Shown here in pieces: positions 1 to 6,580 of a stretch of DNA of 32,000 nt; within the stretch, counting starts at the first letter, position 1, and every line of letters begins with the position of its first letter. Under the pieces are notes generated by a model. That model was not told the DNA's origin, searched no databases, and saw nothing but the letters and a program-made list of their open reading frames with translations. Source of the stretch: Acaryochloris marina MBIC11017 (GTDB taxonomy: Bacteria > Cyanobacteriota > Cyanobacteriia > Thermosynechococcales > Thermosynechococcaceae); the NCBI RefSeq assembly GCF_000018105.1, contig NC_009925.1:540001-572000 (forward strand), in the 5' to 3' direction. The translations under genes were made by a program, and so were the position numbers.

Positions 1-255
1 CTGCTGCTTTGGTCAGGATTTAGCTTAATCCTCTTTGTGCTTTATCATCCCCTCAATGCCCGTACCCTCTACAGAGCAGGCGATCCAACCTTCTTTGATC
101 TCAGATTTTTAACTTTAGCCACTGTGTTGGGGATAGTCTGTACTGGCACCTATTTGTTCACAGGTTCAATCTGGCCAGGAACTATTTTGCACTGGCTTGC
201 TGTTGCAATTTGGTTGCTGTATTTAGGCGGGCAAGAACGTCTGAGCAAAGTTTAG
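1..255 (+). CDS. C-terminal part of a polytopic membrane protein, possibly a CPBP (CAAX/Abi) family intramembrane protease. The 5' end lies outside the window.
   Basis: Frame 1 is open from base 1 (LLLWSGFSLILFVLYHPLN...) to TAG at 253-255. The sequence is hydrophobic and helical. FVLYH fits the CPBP FxxxH motif, but the third motif is only partial (HWLAV). Confidence 0.5.
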   Translation: MLLWSGFSLILFVLYHPLNARTLYRAGDPTFFDLRFLTLATVLGIVCTGTYLFTGSIWPGTILHWLAVAIWLLYLGGQERLSKV

Positions 256-273
256 ATCAGATGAAACAGGCCT

Positions 274-1254
274 TTAGTCATAACACCAGGTATCAAAGGA
301 TCGGTTGGGTGGTGCCTGATTTGAACGCACAGGCCGATGGAAGATGGATTTGGTATTCGTTGACTTCTTGCGAGTGGCTAATGCTGAGGACTTTTGCGTT
401 TTTCTAGGAGTTGCAATGGTTTGCTGCTCAGTCAATTCTTTTTGTAACCGGGCATTCTCTTTTGCTAATCGCACTGCATCCTGGGTGGTTTGCTCCAGTT
501 TCCCCTTAATCGCATCGATTTGATTGTTTGATTTCTGCAATGCAGTCAGGGCTGTTTTTTGTTCCGCTAACTGTGCCTCTAATTGAGCCACTTTCTTCTG
601 TAAAGAGGTCTCTTTGGTTTGAGCTGCCTTTAAATCTTTGGTTAGGGCACTCACCTTCACTTCTAAATCAGCGTTGATGGATTGAGTGCTGGCAGTAGGG
701 CTGTTTGTTGAGGCAGTTTTTGCTGCTGCTTTCTTCGCAGTAGAGGTGGCAGGTTTAGCTTTCTTTGCGGTTGATGGGGGCTTTGCAGCTGTTTTCCGAC
801 TAGAGGAGCGGCTAGACGTTGCCTTTTTGGCAGGAGAAGATTTTGCGGTTGATTTTTTAGCAGCGGGCGCAGCAGTTTTGGTCTTGGCAGCTGACTTCTT
901 CGCTGCGGTTGTAGTAGCCTTTGTTGTCGAAGCTGACTTCTTCGCTGCCGGTGCCGCAGTCTTAGTCGTCGAAGCTGAATTAGCCGTTGATTTTTTGGCT
1001 GTAGCCTTAGCAGCGGGTGCAGCAGTTTTAGTCGTCCCGGTCGTCTTCTTTGCCGTAGTTTTTTTCGCAGTTGATTTTGCCGTGCTTTTTTTGGCTGTCG
1101 TCGTCTTTTTAGCCGTAGTTTTTTTAGCTGTTGTGGCTTTCTTTTGGGCCGACGACGCAGCTGGTTTAGCACCTACATCCTCTTTTTGATCAGGGGCTGC
1201 AGTTTTAGTTGCTTCTTCCCGTAATAAATCTGACAAACTCTTCTTCGTAGCCAT
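274..1254 (-). CDS. Lys/Ala/Thr/Ser-rich disordered protein (histone-H1/AlgP-like) with a coiled coil; ParA partner and McdB-like candidate.
   Basis: The ATG at 1254-1252 overlaps the ParA stop (TAATG), and the track's TTG at 1266 is an alternative start. The N-terminus is [14 protein letters not shown]. About 160 residues follow of AKKTT / TKTAAPAAK-type repeats, then a heptad-like segment (LEVKVSALTKDLKAAQTKETSLQKKVAQLEAQLAEQKTALTALQ...RLAKENARLQKEL) and a basic tail ending DTWCYD, with Trp fourth from the end. I see no HTH or ParB motif. Confidence 0.8.
   Translation of the reverse strand: MATKKSLSDLLREEATKTAAPDQKEDVGAKPAASSAQKKATTAKKTTAKKTTTAKKSTAKSTAKKTTAKKTTGTTKTAAPAAKATAKKSTANSASTTKTAAPAAKKSASTTKATTTAAKKSAAKTKTAAPAAKKSTAKSSPAKKATSSRSSSRKTAAKPPSTAKKAKPATSTAKKAAAKTASTNSPTASTQSINADLEVKVSALTKDLKAAQTKETSLQKKVAQLEAQLAEQKTALTALQKSNNQIDAIKGKLEQTTQDAVRLAKENARLQKELTEQQTIATPRKTQKSSALATRKKSTNTKSIFHRPVRSNQAPPNRSFDTWCYD
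840..1140. repeat. Imperfect in-frame tandem repeats inside the KAT-rich CDS.
   Basis: agcagcggg(c/t)gcagcagtttt(g/a)gtc occurs at 859-883 and 1009-1033, with a related copy at 944-967. gctgacttcttcgctgc occurs at 891-907 and 933-949. gccgtagttttttt occurs near 1052 and 1112. Confidence 0.75.
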
Positions 1255-1964
1255 TAACTTTCCCAATCCCGCTTAATTTCATCAACAACGCGGCAATAAT
1301 CTGCTTTTGCCTCTTTACTATATTTCCCTTTCCATTGTGTAATTGGCTGTCCTTCTAAAGCTGCCCGTTCATGGGCCTTATAGCTCCGTACAAAGGCATG
1401 AAAAGCCGGAATGCCTAACTCCATCAATGTGTTTTGAGCATCTAATGCTTCTCGCAAACTTCGAGGGTCGACCCGTGTTAGTAATACCCGATGAGCCACA
1501 CCGGATGGTTTGACCAATGTCCGCACCGTTTCAATGAGAACAGCTATTTCCATTGGGGCAGGCGGCGTAGGAAGCACTAAATAGTCAACCACAGGAATGA
1601 CCATTTTCAAAATCTCAGATTCCAGTCCTGGTGGTGTATCGACGACCACGAGCTCTTGTTTACTGGATCGGCGCAGTGCTTTCAATTCTTTGGCGCTAGT
1701 TCCAGACTGGACTTGAAATTTCAGAGAATTGTTATCACGCTGGGTCCACCAGGTAGCGGATCCTTGTGGATCAGCATCAATCAGGAGAACTTGATGAGCT
1801 TCTGCAAATACGGCTGTGAGATTGACAGCTGTGGTGGTTTTACCGACACCACCTTTGCCATTAAGGACTGCTACAACCTTAGTTTTTGAAGATTTAGAAG
1901 GCAACTTGGGCACCACTAATGATTGCCAATGGTAAGCAGGAGGCTCCGATTTTGCAACTTGCAA
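1254..1964 (-). CDS. ParA/MinD-superfamily partition-type ATPase (small ParA, McdA-like candidate).
   Basis: Deviant Walker [11 protein letters not shown] with the signature Lys, [10 protein letters not shown] (A' motif) and VVVDTPPG (Walker B). The protein is about 236 aa. The start is TTG at 1964, so the exact start is uncertain. Confidence 0.9.
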   Translation of the reverse strand: MQVAKSEPPAYHWQSLVVPKLPSKSSKTKVVAVLNGKGGVGKTTTAVNLTAVFAEAHQVLLIDADPQGSATWWTQRDNNSLKFQVQSGTSAKELKALRRSSKQELVVVDTPPGLESEILKMVIPVVDYLVLPTPPAPMEIAVLIETVRTLVKPSGVAHRVLLTRVDPRSLREALDAQNTLMELGIPAFHAFVRSYKAHERAALEGQPITQWKGKYSKEAKADYCRVVDEIKRDWES

Positions 1965-2070
1965 AAGACTCCTGGGATGACTATACAGCTTTATTGACTA
2001 CTAATCCCCTTTTTTGTAGGCGTTTACAGCCCCGATGTGCTCTTGCTCAGAGGACATATTTCTTAGATGA

Positions 2071-2086
2071 ATAGACAATTATCTAT
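2071..2086. promoter_or_regulatory. Candidate LysR-type binding box (imperfect dyad ATAGAcaattaTCTAT).
   Basis: The 5-bp arms ATAGA/TCTAT flank an A/T core. The box lies 57 bp upstream of the LysR ATG, in the 178-bp divergent region shared with ParA. Confidence 0.3.
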
Positions 2087-2142
2087 TACAATGGGACCAG
2101 GCAACGACTAAAGTCTATCCAAAATACCTCTGTGCGATCGCA

Positions 2143-3057
2143 ATGCAGCCTACTCTACATCAACTGAAAGTGTTTGAAACTGCTGCCCGCCACGGCAGCT
2201 TCACCCGCGCCGCTGAAGAACTCTATCTTACCCAACCTACCGTTTCGATTCAGATTAAGCAGCTCTCCAAAACCGTTGGCTTCCCCTTATTCGAGAAGTT
2301 GGGAAAACAGCTCTACTTAACAGAAGTGGGCAATCGGTTATTTACCACCTGCCAATCTATCTTTGAAGAATTAGATCAATTCGAGATGATTGTCAGTGAT
2401 TTGCAAGGAATGACCCAGGGGAAGTTACATCTTGCTACTGTCACCACCTGCAAGTATTTTGTCCCCCGCTTGTTGGGTAACTTTTGTGATCAATATCCCG
2501 GCATTGATATTTCTTTAAAAATTACCAACCATCTCCAGCTGGAAAAGCGGATGATGGAAAACCGAGATGATCTGTACATCCTCAGTCATCCACCCCAACA
2601 TATTGATCTCAAAGTGCAGCCCGTCATTAAAAATCCACTTGTGGTGGTTGCCCCCCCTTCCCATCCCCTCGTGGGTCAAAAGAATATTGATATTTCTGCC
2701 CTTAACAATCAGCGCTTTATTATGCGGGAGCCAGGCTCGGGAACCCGCCACGCCGTTCAGGCCCTCTTCAACAAACATAAAGTCAATGTTGAAATCAAAC
2801 TAGAACTCGGAAGTAATGAGGCGATCAAACAGGCGATTGCAGGGGGACTTGGAATCTCAGTTTTATCGCGCCATTCCCTAAATGGTCGAGAATATACCGA
2901 CCTCGCCATACTAGATGTCGAGCATTTTCCCATTGAGCAGCAATGGTCCGTGGCCTATTTATCCGGTAAACATCTCTCTGTTGTGGCTGAAACCTTTCTG
3001 CATTACCTCGTCTCGGTTACGGATCATGCTGAGATGCCTTGGATGCATTTCAAATAG
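2143..3057 (+). CDS. LysR-family transcriptional regulator, CbbR/RbcR-like.
   Basis: N-terminal wHTH LHQLKVFETAARHGSFTRAAEELYLTQPTVSIQIKQLSKTVGFPLFEK followed by a C-terminal LysR substrate-binding domain. The N-terminus resembles CbbR/RbcR regulators of Calvin-cycle and CCM genes as I remember them. Confidence 0.9.
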   Translation: MQPTLHQLKVFETAARHGSFTRAAEELYLTQPTVSIQIKQLSKTVGFPLFEKLGKQLYLTEVGNRLFTTCQSIFEELDQFEMIVSDLQGMTQGKLHLATVTTCKYFVPRLLGNFCDQYPGIDISLKITNHLQLEKRMMENRDDLYILSHPPQHIDLKVQPVIKNPLVVVAPPSHPLVGQKNIDISALNNQRFIMREPGSGTRHAVQALFNKHKVNVEIKLELGSNEAIKQAIAGGLGISVLSRHSLNGREYTDLAILDVEHFPIEQQWSVAYLSGKHLSVVAETFLHYLVSVTDHAEMPWMHFK

Positions 3058-3199
3058 TTTCCGTCAGTACCTTTGAATCATTTGGAATCACGAATCTAGA
3101 AGTTTGGCACCAGATCTCTAGGATTGGCTACCGCAGAAAAACGTATAGCGGGGACAAAGGCGCTCTTGCCCCCGCTGGCGCTCTAGCAACGGGTTGCCG

Positions 3200-3880
3200 C
3201 TAGTTCACCCCATTAACCTGTTGGCTTAGATCATTAACACTTTGGGACATAATGGCTAAAGCTTGCTGAAGGCTTTCTACATCTGCCCCAGTGCCATTGG
3301 GTAGTGCGGGGGTCGTAGTGGGAGTAGCCGGTAAGGGAATTCCAATCCCCCCAGTAAAGATAGAATCAACCTCCATTAGACTGGCTCCCGTAGAAGTGGG
3401 AACTGCGGTGAAAAGCTGGTCAAATTCAGTTTCGCCAGCATTGGGCAGAAACGTACCGCGATGCTCAGGGGTAAAGAGAAGTTGGCGATTCAGCAATGCC
3501 GGAAATGGGAATCGTTGCCGAACAAAGACTTCGACATAACCTCGAAATTCAACGGTATCGACATTAGGGTTAAGGGTGAGAATATCAGGCTGCAAAATGA
3601 TTAGGCCTGTATCATTGGCTCTGAGGCCAAAGTCATAACAATTATCAGCGTCCAAGGTGCCAAAATCATTAGAACCACCCGTATCTCGAATCACAATTAG
3701 ATTACTGGTATCCAGGGCAGGTGTGGTGGCATTAAATTTCAAACGCAATAACACATCAAAGTTATTGGGATTGGAAACAGTCAGAAAATATCCCTGCAAA
3801 ATTTTTCGGTTTGAGTTGGATATATTCCCTTCTGCAGGTGTAATATCCTTGAGAAGGAGTTCGAAGGTTGAAAGTAGCAT
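3200..3880 (-). CDS. Hypothetical protein; no family recognised.
   Basis: Long ORF. The ATG at 3880 is preceded by AAAGGA 7 nt upstream, and the track's TTG at 3910 is less likely. There is no signal peptide or known motif. The middle looks beta-rich, a Pro/Thr linker (PATPTTTPALP) follows, and the C-terminal tail is short and helical. Confidence 0.7.
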   Translation of the reverse strand: MLLSTFELLLKDITPAEGNISNSNRKILQGYFLTVSNPNNFDVLLRLKFNATTPALDTSNLIVIRDTGGSNDFGTLDADNCYDFGLRANDTGLIILQPDILTLNPNVDTVEFRGYVEVFVRQRFPFPALLNRQLLFTPEHRGTFLPNAGETEFDQLFTAVPTSTGASLMEVDSIFTGGIGIPLPATPTTTPALPNGTGADVESLQQALAIMSQSVNDLSQQVNGVN

Positions 3881-3911
3881 AAGAATGTCCTTTATGTGAT
3901 TGTCGATCAAC

Positions 3912-3928
3912 GATCTTCAGTGAAGATC
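3912..3928. promoter_or_regulatory. Perfect 8-bp inverted repeat GATCTTCA-g-TGAAGATC in the leader of the orphan gene.
   Basis: Read directly from the sequence. It lies 32-48 nt upstream of the ATG at 3880, and three GATC sites fall within 3904-3928. Confidence 0.4.
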
Positions 3929-4660
3929 ATGGAATTGAGTGGTTATTAACGAGAGCTGAAATAAATCGAGAATAATATTCTCTTGAAACTTAAATATCAA
4001 ATTTTTCACTTGTTTTTAACGTCTTTTTAAGGCATTGCTAACAAAGCATTAATCTGGGTGATGCCTCTGAGAACTCCAAGCTTACTGATGTGCATATGTT
4101 TGAAATAAAAACTACAAGCACTTTCAGTATTCACAGTAGATGCCTGGATGGACATTTAGGCGCTACTGTCTCAGCCATCTATTTTAGATAGCTAAAACTC
4201 AATTTAAGAGACTTTTACAAGCTGAGAATATTTCTGTTGATTTAACTCTGCTTTTAGCTCGTTAATCTTAAATCAATATGAATTAAATAATTTAATCTGA
4301 GGGTGATAATTCTCAAGATTTTTGGTGATGTAAATCATTGAATTATTTTTCTGCATTTGAGGTATTTTTATATGCAAAAATAATATCATCTAATTTATTT
4401 TTAGTATTTTAAATTTTATAAAATAAAAATATAGATAATCCTAGGCATTGCTCTAAGTCGGTTAAAGTCAGAGGCTTAGTGACATAGAGCTTCTTTAGGA
4501 ATCATTACTTTTGAAAAGTGAAATATTGAAGGCAATGGCCATTAGTACAGGTAAAAATAATGCATAATCCAGCTTTAGATAAGGGTTTCTGCATCACTTA
4601 AAATCCCTGATCCTCTGATTTAAAGATAGATGCCAATCTATTGCAGAGATTCAAACCACG
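3929..4660. other. Extremely AT-rich non-coding island between divergent genes.
   Basis: No ORF of 60 aa or more on either strand. By hand count, row 4381-4440 has 5 G/C in 60 nt and rows 3961, 4261 and 4321 have 13-14 in 60, whereas the neighbouring coding row 4741-4800 has about 27 in 60. Confidence 0.8.
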
Positions 4661-6322
4661 TTGACCACTGTCCCCAAATCCGCATACAGTTTTGAACAGA
4701 ATCATCCAGGGGCTAAACGAGCCATGCAAACCATTGCTGCTATTGATGTGGGAACCAATTCAATCCACATGGTCGTGGTGAAAGTTAACCCTGAAATTCC
4801 AGCATTTAATATTATTGATACCGAAAAAAGTACCGTTCGCTTAGGGGAAGGAAGCAAAGATACTGGGAAGCTGCATCCCGATGCGATCGCAAGAGCAATT
4901 GCCGCCCTTCGTCGCTGCCAAGAAGTGGCCGCAGCCTGTAAAGTCGAGCAAATTCAGGCGGTTGCCACCAGTGCTGTCCGGGAAGCCCTCAATGGTCGGA
5001 CCTTTATTCGCGCCGTTGAATCTGAACTCGGCCTCAAAATCAATGTCATCTCAGGTCCGGAAGAAGCTCGTCGAATTTATCTTGGGGTTTTATCGGGCAT
5101 CGAATTTAATAAAAAACCCCACGTCATTGTTGATATTGGGGGCGGATCAACCGAGCTTATTTTAGGGGATGGCCAAGATCCTCGCTCCCTTAGTAGTACC
5201 AAAGTAGGTGCGGTTCGGCTAACCGAGGAATATATCACCACCGATCCGGTCAGTACCCGTGAATTTGAACGATTACAGGCTTACGTCAGAGGGATGTTGG
5301 AATGGCCTGTTGAAGAGTTGCGTTCCCATCTTTCCCCTGGTGAGATTCCAACCCTTATTGGGACTTCCGGCACAATTGAAAGTATTCTCAAACTCCATGC
5401 CTGCGAAGTGATGGGAGCCTGCCCCACCTCACTTCATGGCCATGTCCTCACCCTGGATGACCTAAACGAACTGATTCGCAAGTTACGCAAGCTCAATTAC
5501 GAAGAGCGCTGCAAAATGCCTGGCATGACCGAGCGGCGCGCAGAAATTATTTTAGCCGGAGCCGTGATTTTGGCTGAAACAATGACCCTGCTGAAATTAG
5601 ACTCCATTACCACCTGTGAACGAGCCCTACGGGAAGGCATTGTGGTGGACTGGATGATGAAGCAAGGCTTAATCGAAGATCGTCTCCGCTACCAGGGGTC
5701 CGTGCGAGAGCGTAGCGTTATGAATTTGGCCCATCAGTACCATGTGGAACTGGCGACAGCTGAACGAATCGCTGATTTCGCTGTTGCTTTATTTGATCAG
5801 ACCCACGGTGCACTCCATGATTGGGGGATAGACGAACGCCATTCACTGTGGGCAGCCGCTATTTTGCATAATTGTGGGCATTACATCAGCCATTCCGCCC
5901 ACCATAAGCATTCCTATTACTTAATTCGCCATGGTGGTTTGTTGGGCTATACGGATGCCGAAGTAGAAATTATTGCTAACCTAGCTCGGTATCACCGCAA
6001 AGGCCCCCCCAAGAAAAAGCATGAGAATTATCAGAACCTAGTGAATAAAACCCAACGTCGGATAGTCGATCAGCTCAGCGCTATCCTGAAGTTAGCGGTC
6101 GCATTAGATCGACGACAAATCGGTGCCATTGAATCCCTACATTGTGAAATGGAAGAAGATACCATCACCCTCCATCTTCAAGCCAGTCAAGCCGACGATG
6201 ACTGTGCTTTAGAACTATGGAGCTTAGATATGAAAAAGGCTTGTTTTGAAGCCGAATTTGATGTCACCTTGGTCGCTCAACTTGCTGAATCTGCTCCTAG
6301 CCCCGATTTGCAGCCAGCCTGA
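4661..6322 (+). CDS. ppx: Ppx/GppA-family exopolyphosphatase with a C-terminal HD domain.
   Basis: AAIDVGTNSIHMVV and DIGGGSTEL (ASKHA phosphate motifs), and the HD region HNCGHYISHSAHHKHSYYLI. The track start is TTG at 4661; the in-frame ATG at 4724 (MQTIAAIDVG) is an equally plausible start. Confidence 0.9.
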   Translation: MTTVPKSAYSFEQNHPGAKRAMQTIAAIDVGTNSIHMVVVKVNPEIPAFNIIDTEKSTVRLGEGSKDTGKLHPDAIARAIAALRRCQEVAAACKVEQIQAVATSAVREALNGRTFIRAVESELGLKINVISGPEEARRIYLGVLSGIEFNKKPHVIVDIGGGSTELILGDGQDPRSLSSTKVGAVRLTEEYITTDPVSTREFERLQAYVRGMLEWPVEELRSHLSPGEIPTLIGTSGTIESILKLHACEVMGACPTSLHGHVLTLDDLNELIRKLRKLNYEERCKMPGMTERRAEIILAGAVILAETMTLLKLDSITTCERALREGIVVDWMMKQGLIEDRLRYQGSVRERSVMNLAHQYHVELATAERIADFAVALFDQTHGALHDWGIDERHSLWAAAILHNCGHYISHSAHHKHSYYLIRHGGLLGYTDAEVEIIANLARYHRKGPPKKKHENYQNLVNKTQRRIVDQLSAILKLAVALDRRQIGAIESLHCEMEEDTITLHLQASQADDDCALELWSLDMKKACFEAEFDVTLVAQLAESAPSPDLQPA

Positions 6323-6580
6323 TTAATCCTAGTCCTCACTGTTAAACCCAAGGATTTGGACATTCCACCTCATCTAGAGTTAACTTGTTAGCTTAGGAAT
6401 GGAAAGAGAATCATTTAAGGAGATCTTCCTTGATTCTCTAAAGCCATCCAATCCCTTGCACAAAATTTTTTATTTGACTAGGGGTTAAGTCACTACACAC
6501 CTCTAAAAATACTGGTAAGCTGAATTTCGTTTAACTGCTCTCGGTTTATCTATAGCCGTTTACAAAGCAAGGAGCTGTTT

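Noticed and set aside
663-1189. 169-aa (-) and 167-aa (+) ORFs overlapping the KAT-rich gene.
   Set aside because: They are shadow frames kept open by the repetitive, compositionally biased DNA. Their products are Arg/Leu/Pro or Ala/Val/Phe homopolymer-like strings, they have no start context, and the ParA-coupled frame explains the region.
2515-2803. 87-aa (-) and 78-aa (+) ORFs inside the LysR gene.
   Set aside because: They lie entirely inside a well-supported CDS and have no motifs or ribosome-binding context.
3291-3899. 82-aa and 80-aa + strand ORFs antisense to the orphan gene.
   Set aside because: They are shorter than the minus-strand ORF that spans them, they are low-complexity, and they have no SD sequence.
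3911-4660. The AT-rich island as a replication origin, or as a Pho-box promoter for ppx.
   Set aside because: I found no TTATCCACA-type DnaA boxes and no dnaA or dnaN nearby. The CTTAAAAT / TTTAAAGA words at about 4596 and 4619 are spaced about 23 nt apart rather than in the 11-nt tandem phasing of cyanobacterial Pho boxes.
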